From IMG/VR virus record IMGVR_UViG_3300028840_001395, positions 371,805 through 435,804 of that record: a stretch of 64,000 nt of DNA. The stretch is one strand, 5' to 3'. How positions within the stretch are numbered: the stretch's first letter is position 1; the number at the start of each line of letters is the position of its first letter. Under the pieces are notes generated by a model. The model saw nothing but the letters and a program-made list of their open reading frames with translations. It ran no database searches and was not told where the DNA came from. Both the position numbers and the translations under genes were made by a program. Of this stretch, positions 29,322 through 38,151 are shown piece by piece.

Positions 29322-29908
29322 GGCTTCCTCTTTTTCCTCATGCGGCGGAGAAGCGCGGTCGCTTCATCCACTGAACTTCCTTCGTCTTCACCCTCTTGCA
29401 CAGCGATATCGGCCCTTTCTTCTCCCACGAGGCCATCGGGGATGAACATGGGCATCGGCTCATCCGCGTGGCCTGGTGCTACTCTACCCGAGTTCCCGGT
29501 CTGAGTTCCACCACCAGAGGCCAGCGTCAGGCCCGAGAGTGTTTCAAGGAGAAGTTCCCGCATATCCCCCTTGAGCATCTTCCGAATGGCGTTCACGTCC
29601 CGGCCCATCTTGGCAGCCACCTTCTCGGCCAGAGCATCCAGGTCAATCTCCTCCTTCGTCGGGGGCTTTTCGGGCTCGGGGCGTGGGGGAGGCGGAGGCA
29701 GAGGGACGTTCTTCGGGCCGGGCCGCTGAGCCCGGCATCTGCCGATGTACTCGACCTTGACCCCGAAGGCAGCCTTGGCGATGGCCAGATCCTTGGAGGC
29801 GTCGGCCTTGTCGGCGTCCAGATGAATGACATTGCCCTTGCTCAGCGTGAGTTGCAGGTCAGGGATCCTGATAGAGGGGCACGTACAGGTGATGATGGCC
29901 TCCCTCAT
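29318..29908 (-). CDS. Hypothetical protein coupled to the actin-like gene (possible adaptor)
   Basis: Start MREAII (29908), ATGA overlaps on both sides. Pro-rich linker and basic C-terminal helix. Confidence 0.65.
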   Translation of the reverse strand: MREAIITCTCPSIRIPDLQLTLSKGNVIHLDADKADASKDLAIAKAAFGVKVEYIGRCRAQRPGPKNVPLPPPPPRPEPEKPPTKEEIDLDALAEKVAAKMGRDVNAIRKMLKGDMRELLLETLSGLTLASGGGTQTGNSGRVAPGHADEPMPMFIPDGLVGEERADIAVQEGEDEGSSVDEATALLRRMRKKRKP

Positions 29909-30519
29909 CTGGTTGGATCTCCTGCCTTTAGCAATTCGAGGGCCTGTTCTGCGATGGCGTCCAGGCATTGCTTCTTACCCTTCTCCACCGCCCGGCGGGC
30001 AAAGGTGAACTTGGCGATGCCGGGATGAATCCAGGCATTCTGCATCTTCAGAGGAGCCGTGCGGAACACCACCTCCCCGCTCTTGGCCCTCATAGGGACA
30101 ACCAGAGGCAGCCTAGTCCCCTTGGACACCCTACCGGCGGCGGACATTCCTCGTCTCTTCTCACCCTCGGTGCGTGCATACTTGTGCGGAGCCTGATCCT
30201 TGGCCTCCTGGGTCAGCCAGGTCATCCGACGTTGGGGGATGTCTCCTGAAACCAACTCGGCCATGCCCCAGAATGAGGACAGCAGTTCGACGGTGCTCTT
30301 GCCCTTGATGCGGTAGGAGAACGACTTGTGGATGTCCGGCCCACCCATCGGGTCACGGGTTGACCACCCTCGCTTGTGGAAGTCCTTGAGGGCCTCTTCG
30401 GAGAAGGCCTTGACCAGACACTCTCCAATGGCCTTGAGCGTAGCTGGGGTGAGATCGAACTTGCCGAGTTGAGACCACGGCTTCCCGTAGGTGCCCTTGA
30501 TGCGGTAATTCTTCGGCAT
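29905..30519 (-). CDS. Putative neck/tail completion protein (HK97 gp10-like)
   Basis: 204 aa, basic. C-terminal VVFR...HPG...F..RAVE motif typical of gp10-like proteins. Confidence 0.5.
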   Translation of the reverse strand: MPKNYRIKGTYGKPWSQLGKFDLTPATLKAIGECLVKAFSEEALKDFHKRGWSTRDPMGGPDIHKSFSYRIKGKSTVELLSSFWGMAELVSGDIPQRRMTWLTQEAKDQAPHKYARTEGEKRRGMSAAGRVSKGTRLPLVVPMRAKSGEVVFRTAPLKMQNAWIHPGIAKFTFARRAVEKGKKQCLDAIAEQALELLKAGDPTR

Positions 30520-31950
30520 CTAGTAGTTCTGGTTATCCCAGACCGGAGTGCGCCCCCGCTGCTCCACCTCGTCCGGGGTGTTGGCGTTCTCCGTCTGCAT
30601 CTGAAGCTGGCCCCACGTCCCCGGCCCAGTCCACGGACCCTGCGGATAGGCGGGCTTGTCGGGCGCAGTCGAGGGCGGCAACGCAAGCTCGCCGTCCACG
30701 GGCATCGAGGGGGCATGACGGAAGCCGTAGCGGGTCTGGGGCCATGCCAGACGATCCGTACCGTCGATGGGCACCTGGTAGCGGATATCGCCCTCATCGA
30801 AGTAGGCGATGTTGAAGTGCTGCTGCAGGAGATTGCCCCTGTTCGTCGGACGGCGGGAAGCCCCGATGCTGTATCGCTCGTTGGTCTGCTTGACCACGAA
30901 ATCCCGCTGGGTCACCACGGGAGATGGCCCCATCCAGACCTCGTAGGAGTGCTCCTTGCGACGACCCTGGGGCGTCTGGGCGATGCGACGCTCGGCATCG
31001 TCCGGGGCGATGATCACGTCGTAGGGGCCTTCGTATCCCCCGACGAACCCAGTCCCGAAACAGGTCAGACAGCGGTTCGAGGGCTGCTTGTTGTATTCCC
31101 GTGTCCGGGGGTCCATCTTGCAGGTGCAGGGGACTCCGGCCTGACGGCGGATGAAGATCTTGACCCGCTCGCCGCCCTGCTGGAGAATCCACTGGTTGCG
31201 TCGAATGGACTCCCGCCAGATGTAGTCGAGCCGCTCTGTCTCCATCAACGACTGGGGCTTGCACCAGTCGAGACTGGTCTCCCGGTATCCGCTGGGGCTA
31301 GTCGGGTCGAGGACGACGGTGGTGAGCCGATACCAGATATTCGCTTCGAGCCCCGACCGGATGTGATTCCGGTTGGCGTAGTAGATGACCTTGACCACCG
31401 AGTTGGCTGTGGGGAGCTTCGGGGGTTCGGCCTTCTCTGTAGCGACATTGAACGTGCTCTGGTTGATGAGCGTGACCTCGCCCGACATGCCGAACACGTC
31501 CTCTACGAACACGACTTCGCCGTCGATGATCACGGTCACGTCGGTCGGGTTGTCGGCCATCGTCTGTTTCTGGAAAGGGGCCAAGTCCCGCTGCTTGGAT
31601 ATCGGGTGCTTGGTTCTGAACACCCAGCGGCGGTCGTTGGGGGCGTCGCCCTTGAACACCCAGTCCTTGTCCCAGTTGACGGTCTCGCGGACCTGGATGT
31701 TGTCCGTGCGGTCACGGAAGAATGATCCCCCGACCGGGAACTCGTTGATGCGGAAGAAGGGGCCTCGGTCGGAGACATCCGACCGATAGATGTTCACGCC
31801 GACGACGTTGTAGACAGCATTCCGGGCAAGGATCGAGGGATCATCCCACTTGATGTCGAGGACACCCACCTGAAATGGCGTGGTGACCTCCACATTCTGC
31901 GGAGGAATGGGCTGGTCTCCCTGTCCTGGTGTCCAGATGCAATTCGCCAC
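30520..31950 (-). CDS. Putative head closure/neck protein with zinc knuckle
   Basis: 476 aa. Fn3-like N-terminus, then GERVKIFIRR..G.PCTC...CLTCFGTGFVGGY as in large myophage neck proteins. Confidence 0.55.
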   Translation of the reverse strand: MANCIWTPGQGDQPIPPQNVEVTTPFQVGVLDIKWDDPSILARNAVYNVVGVNIYRSDVSDRGPFFRINEFPVGGSFFRDRTDNIQVRETVNWDKDWVFKGDAPNDRRWVFRTKHPISKQRDLAPFQKQTMADNPTDVTVIIDGEVVFVEDVFGMSGEVTLINQSTFNVATEKAEPPKLPTANSVVKVIYYANRNHIRSGLEANIWYRLTTVVLDPTSPSGYRETSLDWCKPQSLMETERLDYIWRESIRRNQWILQQGGERVKIFIRRQAGVPCTCKMDPRTREYNKQPSNRCLTCFGTGFVGGYEGPYDVIIAPDDAERRIAQTPQGRRKEHSYEVWMGPSPVVTQRDFVVKQTNERYSIGASRRPTNRGNLLQQHFNIAYFDEGDIRYQVPIDGTDRLAWPQTRYGFRHAPSMPVDGELALPPSTAPDKPAYPQGPWTGPGTWGQLQMQTENANTPDEVEQRGRTPVWDNQNY

Positions 31951-32490
31951 TCACTTCTCCTCGGGGTCTCCCTCCGGCCCGGCCCCCTCGTCGGGAGAGG
32001 GCTGCGTCACCGTAGCCGCCGCCGGGGGCTGAGATGCCGGACGCGGAGGGGGTGCCCCCATGCCGGGCATCCCACCCTGCATCGCCTGCATGAAGTTCGG
32101 AGGCAGCGCACGGGCGTTCCCGTCACCACCGACCGTCCAGCTCACATCCTCGGGGATGCCGAGGCGCTGGCCGATCTGCCGCAGGACTGACTGGGACTGC
32201 TCATCGTTGGACCGGATGCGTTCCAGAATCTGCCCCTTCTGGAGTTCGAGCTTGCCGACTTCCAGGGTGAGTTGCTGGGACTGCCGCCGGAGCGTGGTCA
32301 GCATCGCGTTCTCCTGGGGCGTCAGGGCTCCCAGGATGGTCGGATCCTGTGGAGGCGGGGCCTCCTGCTCACCGGCCACCGAAGGGGGTGTGTCAGGTGT
32401 CGGGGTTCCCTCGGGAGGCGCACCCTCCGGCACAGGTGCCTGGCCGTCACTCTGATCATCGCGGGGCTGGGGGGTCTTCTCGTCTGTCAT
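31951..32490 (-). CDS. Hypothetical coiled-coil protein
   Basis: SD GGAG before ATG 32490. Central coiled coil with Pro-rich ends. Confidence 0.65.
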   Translation of the reverse strand: MTDEKTPQPRDDQSDGQAPVPEGAPPEGTPTPDTPPSVAGEQEAPPPQDPTILGALTPQENAMLTTLRRQSQQLTLEVGKLELQKGQILERIRSNDEQSQSVLRQIGQRLGIPEDVSWTVGGDGNARALPPNFMQAMQGGMPGMGAPPPRPASQPPAAATVTQPSPDEGAGPEGDPEEK

Positions 32491-32522
32491 CTCAGTCTCC
32501 ATGTGAAGGTTGACCCCTTACT

Positions 32523-32720
32523 CTACCCCTCGTCCTCATCTTCGGCCATCATGGTGAAAGTTGCAACCTCCCGCAGATAGTTGATGAAGCGGATGTAGAG
32601 CATCCCCACCCGATCCTGGAGAATCAGCCGGGTCGGTGGCGATAGCGTTTTCCTCTGTTTCTTGAAGGACCAGTAGGTGTTCCCGTCCGAGTCCTTGTAT
32701 TCGTACACCCTCGGCAGCAT
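32523..32720 (-). CDS. Hypothetical protein
   Basis: 65 aa, tightly packed in the operon. Confidence 0.6.
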   Translation of the reverse strand: MLPRVYEYKDSDGNTYWSFKKQRKTLSPPTRLILQDRVGMLYIRFINYLREVATFTMMAEDEDEG

Positions 32721-32722
32721 CT

Positions 32723-33292
32723 CTACTCCATGAGCCAGTCAGGCCTGTACTGCTTCTTGGACACCTGGATGGGCTTCGCAGCGGACTTGGGGCGCTTCTT
32801 GAGCTTCGGCTTGAACGGATTCTTCACATCCTCCAGGTTCTCCTTGAGGAACAGCCACTCCCGATACTCGTCCCAGTAGCGACGCCCTTCCTTTGGGATG
32901 CGTCGGTTCCGAGTCCAACCCCGCCTTCGGGCCAGCTTGTCGAGGCTCTGGAACCTCTTCTCGATGAGGGCTCCTCGGAGGGCATTGACCTCATCCAGCA
33001 GGTCATCAGTCAACTGTTTCTGCTCCTGGATCTGCTGATGCTGCACCTGGGCCTGCTTCATCAGGGGAGCCAATTCACTCACCCCATCAGAATCAGCATC
33101 CGCATCCGCGTTGTCTGCGGGCGGAGGAGCCACCATCGCTACCCCATCGGAGGGCTCGGAATCAGACATCAAAGCCATCACGGGCTCAGATTTCTCCATA
33201 GACCCCACAGATAAGTTCAGAAAAAATACCACCCCAGCCGTCATACCCAGGATCAGAGAAGTCATTGAACCTATGATGATTTTCCGGCTCAT
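32723..33292 (-). CDS. Membrane-anchored coiled-coil protein
   Basis: Start MSRKIIIG (33292). N-terminal TM segment, coiled coil, basic tail. Confidence 0.6.
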   Translation of the reverse strand: MSRKIIIGSMTSLILGMTAGVVFFLNLSVGSMEKSEPVMALMSDSEPSDGVAMVAPPPADNADADADSDGVSELAPLMKQAQVQHQQIQEQKQLTDDLLDEVNALRGALIEKRFQSLDKLARRRGWTRNRRIPKEGRRYWDEYREWLFLKENLEDVKNPFKPKLKKRPKSAAKPIQVSKKQYRPDWLME

Positions 33293-33293
33293 G

Positions 33294-33566
33294 CTACTTA
33301 TTGAGGAGATCCTTGATTTCTCCGAGTCGGACATTGGCTGCCCCAAGTTTCTCTTCTAGGCGTCCCAGGGCCATCGTATTCTGATTGACAGCTTCCTGAA
33401 TGGATTGAGCCTTCTCGATGTCCTGCTGTGCTCTGTTCAGTTCGCTCCTCATCACGGCCAGGTTCACTTCGAGCTTGATGCCCCAGGCGATCAGCGGGAT
33501 GACCAGGATGGCCAGAATCTTGAGTCCCACGTCCACGAACTTCTGCATGACGGCCTCCGAAGACAC
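33294..33566 (-). CDS. Small membrane protein (holin/XhlA-like candidate)
   Basis: 90 aa. One TM segment (ILAILVIPLIAWGI) plus coiled coil. Preceded by late promoter motif. Confidence 0.5.
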   Translation of the reverse strand: MSSEAVMQKFVDVGLKILAILVIPLIAWGIKLEVNLAVMRSELNRAQQDIEKAQSIQEAVNQNTMALGRLEEKLGAANVRLGEIKDLLNK

Positions 33567-33585
33567 CCTTCCTCGTAGAACGGGG

Positions 33586-33600
33586 ATTATAGACGTTCTA
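33586..33600 (-). promoter_or_regulatory. Putative late promoter motif TAG-N5-CTATAAT
   Basis: Copy of the motif at the head of the 33566-27076 minus-strand gene run. Confidence 0.55.
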
Positions 33601-33611
33601 CCCGATTGTAA

Positions 33612-33641
33612 GGCTTATTTGGGGCCGGAGTAGAGTAGTCT
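33612..33641 (+). promoter_or_regulatory. Phage promoter motif GGCTTAT-N14-GAGTAGTCT
   Basis: Copy of the six-member motif upstream of 33662. Confidence 0.7.
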
Positions 33642-33661
33642 GGTGGGTAGGAGGTGCGGAA

Positions 33662-34750
33662 ATGCTCGCACTCTTGGGACTTCTGATCATCCCACTCCTG
33701 GTGGGTGGGGCGATGTTCCTGATCTTCAAGGCCACGATCACCTGGAAGGAGTTCCTCCTGATGGAGGCGGCTGCCATCGGCATCCTCGTGGGGGGCTTCT
33801 TCCTGGCCAGGTGGGGTGCGCTGCAGGACGTCGAGCACTGGAACGGGCGCATCACGGCGAAGAATCACGGCACGATGAAGTGCTGCCACTGCCGCGAGGA
33901 GTGTGACACCTGCAAGGACTCGGAGGGCAAGTCCTATTCCTGTCGGTGCCGCGAGGTCTGCGACCACTTCCACGACTACTACTGGTCGCTGAGCGTATCC
34001 ACGGGCGACCGGGTGATGGTGCGGGACTGTGAGCCGAGCAGCCGCCGGGTGCCCGCTGCGTGGACGAACGCCTACAAGGGGGAGCCAGCCTCGGTCGCCC
34101 ACCGCTACACGAACTACCTGCTGGCCGACCCCGACAGCCTCATGCACGAGGGCGCACACGAGGAGTTCCTCAACCAGGTGCCTCGCTTCCCCCGTGTCCA
34201 CGGCTTCTACAAGGTCAACAAGGTCGTCCAGCACGGGGTCAAGGTGCCCGCCGCCTGGGAGAAGGCCTTGCGGGAGCTGAACGCCGACCTGGGCGGCTCC
34301 AAGCAGATCGACGTGACCCTGGTGGTGACCAAGGTGGCCGATCCCGCCTTCGCGGAAGCCGTCGAGGTCAAGTGGATGTATGGCCCGAAGAACGCGGTCA
34401 TCATCGTGGCCGGAGCGCCGGACGGCCAGAAGTTCAACTGGGTGCGAGCCGTGAGCTTGTCCCGGGTCGAGCGGCTGAAGATCGAGCTGCGGGACAAGCT
34501 GGCGGGATGGGAACTGGCCAAGGCGGACGAGGGCGTGACCCTCATCAGGAAGCTGATCTCAGCACACTACGAGCGGACACCGATGGCCGAGTGGGAGTAC
34601 TTGGCGTCGTCCGCAAAGCCCAAGACCTGGATGATCGTCTTGCTCTACATCCTGGCCCTGGTCGGGACAGGCATCTTGGGCGTCGTCATGCACCACAACG
34701 ACGTGTTCGGAGACGAACGCACCGCGCGTTGGCGCGGAAGGAGGTTCTAG
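33662..34750 (+). CDS. Membrane protein with Cys/His-rich extracytoplasmic domain
   Basis: SD GGAGGT. Two N-terminal TM segments, a CCHC..C.TC...C.C...CDH cluster and a C-terminal TM segment. Confidence 0.8.
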   Translation: MLALLGLLIIPLLVGGAMFLIFKATITWKEFLLMEAAAIGILVGGFFLARWGALQDVEHWNGRITAKNHGTMKCCHCREECDTCKDSEGKSYSCRCREVCDHFHDYYWSLSVSTGDRVMVRDCEPSSRRVPAAWTNAYKGEPASVAHRYTNYLLADPDSLMHEGAHEEFLNQVPRFPRVHGFYKVNKVVQHGVKVPAAWEKALRELNADLGGSKQIDVTLVVTKVADPAFAEAVEVKWMYGPKNAVIIVAGAPDGQKFNWVRAVSLSRVERLKIELRDKLAGWELAKADEGVTLIRKLISAHYERTPMAEWEYLASSAKPKTWMIVLLYILALVGTGILGVVMHHNDVFGDERTARWRGRRF

Positions 34751-34751
34751 A

Positions 34752-35357
34752 ATGAAGGGCGCACTGATCGCACTCGTAGCCGTCGTGGTCATCGGCCTCG
34801 GCATCGTGTTCGGGGTCATGGGCTGGTACGACACGGGCGTCGGCTTGCAGGAGTCCACGCTCGCCCAGTACCGGGACAACCAGAACAAGTACGACGCCTT
34901 CTGGAAGTCCGTGCAGGAGATGGCGCAGATCCCGGCGAAGTACAAGGAGGACTTCAAGGAGATCCTGGTCGCGGAGACCGGGGCCAAGTTCGGCCCGCAG
35001 GGCTCGCAGGCCATGTTCCAGTGGTTCAAGGAGCGTGAGCTGAAGCTGCCGCCGGAGATCTACACCAAGGTTCAGACGGCCATCGAGGCGGGCCGGGCCG
35101 ACTTCAAGCGCGGACAGAAGATGCTGATCGACAAGCAGCGGGCTGCCCGACAGCACCGGAAGAATGTCTGGGGCAAGTTCTGCCTGATGTTCACGGACTT
35201 CTTGGAGGAGATCAAGGGTGAGCTACAGCCGCCCAAGGATCTCGACGGGGACGGCAAGTACACCATCCTCGACTACGACATCGTGACCAGCAAGCAGACC
35301 AAGGAAGCCTTCAAGACCGGCGAAGCCGAGGCCACCAACGTGTTCGGCCCCCGCTAG
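34752..35357 (+). CDS. LemA-like membrane-anchored helical protein
   Basis: N-terminal TM then helical bundle (QYRDNQNKYDAFWKSVQEMAQIP...IEAGRADF). Coupled to the preceding gene. Confidence 0.55.
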   Translation: MKGALIALVAVVVIGLGIVFGVMGWYDTGVGLQESTLAQYRDNQNKYDAFWKSVQEMAQIPAKYKEDFKEILVAETGAKFGPQGSQAMFQWFKERELKLPPEIYTKVQTAIEAGRADFKRGQKMLIDKQRAARQHRKNVWGKFCLMFTDFLEEIKGELQPPKDLDGDGKYTILDYDIVTSKQTKEAFKTGEAEATNVFGPR

Positions 35358-35360
35358 CCC

Positions 35361-35390
35361 GGCTTACCCCTGTCATCCCCAGAGTAGGAT
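35361..35390 (+). promoter_or_regulatory. Phage promoter motif GGCTTAC-N14-GAGTAGGAT
   Basis: Copy of the six-member motif upstream of 35408. Confidence 0.7.
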
Positions 35391-35407
35391 GGTCAAGGAG
35401 GTCGAAG

Positions 35408-35938
35408 ATGAGTAACTGGATCTGGCTGCCTGTCGGCCTGGTTCTCTGCGTGGTGTTCGTCATCTTCTTCTCGATGCTGGTGCGAATCCTCTGGAACACC
35501 CCCCAGATCAAAGGCAAGTCCTCGAAGCTCAAGAATGCCACCGTCATCAAGAACTTCATGGGCGCGGATATGGTGGTCGAGAAGCTCCCCGACCGGAACC
35601 GATACTGGCTGGATGTCATGGGGCATCCCGTGGTGATGATGGTTGGGGATACCCTCCTGAAAGACTTGGAGGAAGGGGACAAGCTCGGCCCCGACACCCT
35701 CGACTTCATCATCGAGAACCAGGGCCTATGTCCGTTCTGCCTGGAGGGGCATCTGTGCGAAGGCCCGCACGGTGGGATGGCCGTGAACTACGACTGCAAC
35801 CACTGCGGGTCGAAGGTCAACTTCATAGGGCCATTCGGCATCGACGTGATGATCATTCGATCTCGGGCATACAGGACGGGTCGCTCACCCAAGGATGGGC
35901 TGGCCCTAGTCCCCGACACCAGTGAGAGTCCCTCGTAG
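35408..35938 (+). CDS. Membrane-anchored zinc ribbon protein
   Basis: SD AAGGAGGT. N-terminal TM. CPFC...EGPHGG...CNHCG. Confidence 0.7.
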   Translation: MSNWIWLPVGLVLCVVFVIFFSMLVRILWNTPQIKGKSSKLKNATVIKNFMGADMVVEKLPDRNRYWLDVMGHPVVMMVGDTLLKDLEEGDKLGPDTLDFIIENQGLCPFCLEGHLCEGPHGGMAVNYDCNHCGSKVNFIGPFGIDVMIIRSRAYRTGRSPKDGLALVPDTSESPS

Positions 35939-36221
35939 ACCACCGCATTCGCCCTCTGCCACGCTTCCCCCGCTTCAGCGCCCGCTCGGCCTTCTGTGCC
36001 TCCGACTGGCCCTTGTACGGGCCGTAGAGGGCACGAGGCACCCACGGACGATGCTTGGAAGTCCAACGGCCTCCTCCGACCAACTCACCGTTGTGCTGGC
36101 GGATGCGTCGGGGAGGTTCTGTGGTGCAGCCGACGTAGAAGAAGCCGGGTCGTCCGCCAGGCCGAATCACCTCGGATTGGATGACATAGACCCACCAGAG
36201 CTTGCTAGACTTGCGCCTCAT
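35853..36221 (-). CDS. GIY-YIG nuclease, SLX1-like
   Basis: Start MRRKSS (36221). WVYVI...FYVGCT..P.RRIRQHNGELVGG..WT..HRPW...AE.ALK. Confidence 0.85.
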   Translation of the reverse strand: MRRKSSKLWWVYVIQSEVIRPGGRPGFFYVGCTTEPPRRIRQHNGELVGGGRWTSKHRPWVPRALYGPYKGQSEAQKAERALKRGKRGRGRMRWSTRDSHWCRGLGPAHPWVSDPSCMPEIE

Positions 36222-37095
36222 ACGAAGACCATACCCGCCGGAAGACGCCCTGCCAACCCCGCTTGATGAGCTTCTTCTCGGACACCCGGAAGCGTGCCCA
36301 GTGCCGGGAGAACAGGCCATCGTCCGTCAGGAACAGGACAAGCTCCTCGACCACCTTCTCCACGTCACCCAGGTTCCGGCCCAGGGAGTGATACAGGTAG
36401 TCCAGCCCGCCCTGGGTCATGAGCGCCAGGAGGAACGCATTCTGGTTCACCTCGGCCCAGAAGTCTGGCAGGCCGGTCTTGATGGCCTTGAGCATCTCCA
36501 TCCAGATCTCCTGGGAGAGATAGAACACGTTCTCGTCCTCGTAGTCTGCCATCTCGCAGCCAGGGAACATGCCCTCCAAGGCCAGACCATTCATCTTCTT
36601 GTTGTGGCGCTTCCGGGTGAACTCGTCCTTGGCCCGCAGCGCGTCCTCGAAGGCCTGGGCGACCTCCTTCATGTTGTCCTGCTTCTGCTTGTAGCGAGGG
36701 TGTGCCTTCTCGATCTCCCGACGCTGGGACATGCACCCACCGCAGTCGTGGGCACACCCGTGAAGGGCATCCCATCGAGGACAGTCATCGGGAACGACTC
36801 TCTTCATCATTCCATCCGCGAGGATGGTCATCACCTTCTCATCGCAGGAGGCACAGGTATGAACCGTCGAAATGGAGCGAGTTTCGTCCTGACCCATCCG
36901 GGTCTCGTTCCAACGACTCTCCATGCAAGCGGTGAGGTGTTCACAATCCCGACAGGGGGCGAAGTCCTTTGCCCGATAGGACTCGATATTCTCGATACCC
37001 AGAATCTCCTCGACTGGCGGGCCGTTGTCGTCCGTAATGACCGCGTGATACCCGTCCTCGCACTTCACCCACAGCGTCTGCTCACTCAGACTCAT
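36205..37095 (-). CDS. Hypothetical Cys-rich protein
   Basis: 296 aa with multiple CxxC motifs, overlapping both neighbours. Confidence 0.7.
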   Translation of the reverse strand: MSLSEQTLWVKCEDGYHAVITDDNGPPVEEILGIENIESYRAKDFAPCRDCEHLTACMESRWNETRMGQDETRSISTVHTCASCDEKVMTILADGMMKRVVPDDCPRWDALHGCAHDCGGCMSQRREIEKAHPRYKQKQDNMKEVAQAFEDALRAKDEFTRKRHNKKMNGLALEGMFPGCEMADYEDENVFYLSQEIWMEMLKAIKTGLPDFWAEVNQNAFLLALMTQGGLDYLYHSLGRNLGDVEKVVEELVLFLTDDGLFSRHWARFRVSEKKLIKRGWQGVFRRVWSSYEAQV

Positions 37096-37777
37096 CAGCC
37101 TTGTCCCCCTCGGGAAGCCCCTTCTTCAGACGGGGATCCTGCGGCCCCTTGACGAACACGACCTCGACCCCGTGCTGTCGGAGGTAGTCCACACCGTTCC
37201 GACCCATGTAGCCTCCTCCCACGGCGAACACCTTGACGATGCCCGCATGGTGGATGAGCTTGGAGCACATGAGGCAGGGCTCACCCGTGACGAACAGCCA
37301 GGTTCCCTTGGTGGGAACACCATCGTGGGCGCAGTTGCAGATGATGTTCATCTCGGCGTGGACGCAACCCACCTCGACGTTCCCCCCAGAGGGGATGGGA
37401 GGATACTTGGCCAGGAGCAACTCACGGAAGGACTCGGCCTCGGCCTTGGGAAATCTCTTCCGCCCGCTGAAGTGGACGGCCTCGTCTCCCTTGGCCTCGA
37501 CGTAGAACTTGGGCTCCTCGGCGTCGGGTTCCTCATCGCCGTCGAACGCGACCTCCACATCGTCGGGGGTCAGACCGTCCCGGATGCAGTGATCTCCGCC
37601 ACAGAGGTCACCTCCTCCACGCGGGCCTCCATTGTATCCGTCCATGAGGATGGTGTTGCGGTCGGGGTTGATGAGCACGGCCCCGAACTTCCGGCGGGGA
37701 CAGTTCGATGCCTGGGCCAACGCGAGGCACTGCTTGACCCGGATTCTGAGATGCTTTTCTTTCACGGGAACCTCCAC
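37082..37777 (-). CDS. dCMP deaminase family protein with internal insertion
   Basis: S.C.RRKFGAV, GYNG, HAE.N and PCLMC zinc motifs. Confidence 0.85.
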   Translation of the reverse strand: MEVPVKEKHLRIRVKQCLALAQASNCPRRKFGAVLINPDRNTILMDGYNGGPRGGGDLCGGDHCIRDGLTPDDVEVAFDGDEEPDAEEPKFYVEAKGDEAVHFSGRKRFPKAEAESFRELLLAKYPPIPSGGNVEVGCVHAEMNIICNCAHDGVPTKGTWLFVTGEPCLMCSKLIHHAGIVKVFAVGGGYMGRNGVDYLRQHGVEVVFVKGPQDPRLKKGLPEGDKADESE

Positions 37778-37858
37778 TTCCGCTCTCTACTTCTACCCCA
37801 AAACCGACGCAATGGGGCCACCTTGAATCACCTCCCCCGAGAAATCGGCAGAAAGTGC

Positions 37859-37887
37859 TTGACAGGTCTGACGGCCTCCTGTAGAGT
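37859..37887 (+). promoter_or_regulatory. Sigma70-type promoter of the small RNA array
   Basis: TTGACA-N17-TAGAGT. Predicted start about 37894, at the 5' arm of RNA1. Confidence 0.7.
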
Positions 37888-37895
37888 GACCCATC

Positions 37896-38027
37896 GTGAG
37901 CACGAGAACTGTCGTGCCGGTTCAGTGACATGGCGCAGTTGGAAGCGCATCTGCCTTCAAGCAGAGTGTCGTAGGTTCAAGTCCTACTATCACTACCTTC
38001 TTCCGACACGCGACCTACTCGGCTCAC
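37896..38027 (+). ncRNA. Y-RNA-like RNA1: end-paired stem enclosing a complete tRNA cloverleaf
   Basis: GTGAGC/GCTCAC, CGAG/CTCG, GTCG/CGAC and CGG/CCG pairings flank the tRNA at 37924-37995. Carries the shared motif CGAGAACT-N9-GTTCAG. Confidence 0.65.
37924..37995 (+). tRNA. tRNA-like element with 6-nt anticodon loop (CTTCAA), no encoded CCA
   Basis: Acceptor AGTGACA/TATCACT (one mismatch), D arm GCGC-AGTTGGAA-GCGC, anticodon stem TCTGC/GCAGA, T arm GTAGG-TTCAAGT-CCTAC. Confidence 0.75.
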
Positions 38028-38029
38028 AA

Positions 38030-38111
38030 ACCCAACGGGAACTTGAGGGTTGGTTCAGGAAGGCTTCCACAAGGCCATGACAACCCCCGACGCTCTCCTT
38101 GCCCGTTGGTT
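38030..38111 (+). ncRNA. Y-RNA-like RNA2
   Basis: CCAACGGG/CCCGTTGG, GGGTTG/CAACCC and TCA/TGA stems. Motif CGGGAACT-N9-GTTCAG ... CCTTGCCCG. Confidence 0.6.
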
Positions 38112-38120
38112 CCCCAGCTA

Positions 38121-38150
38121 GGCTTACTCAGCCCAACCATAGAGTAGTCA
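38121..38150 (+). promoter_or_regulatory. Phage promoter motif GGCTTAC-N14-GAGTAGTCA
   Basis: Copy of the six-member motif upstream of RNA3 and the TROVE-like gene. Confidence 0.7.
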
Positions 38151-38151
38151 T

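Noticed and set aside
37924-37995. UGA reassignment or selenocysteine tRNA suggested by TCA in the loop
   Set aside because: Many genes end in TGA with TGATG/ATGA coupling and ORFs are intact in code 11. No long variable arm or extended acceptor as in tRNA-Sec.
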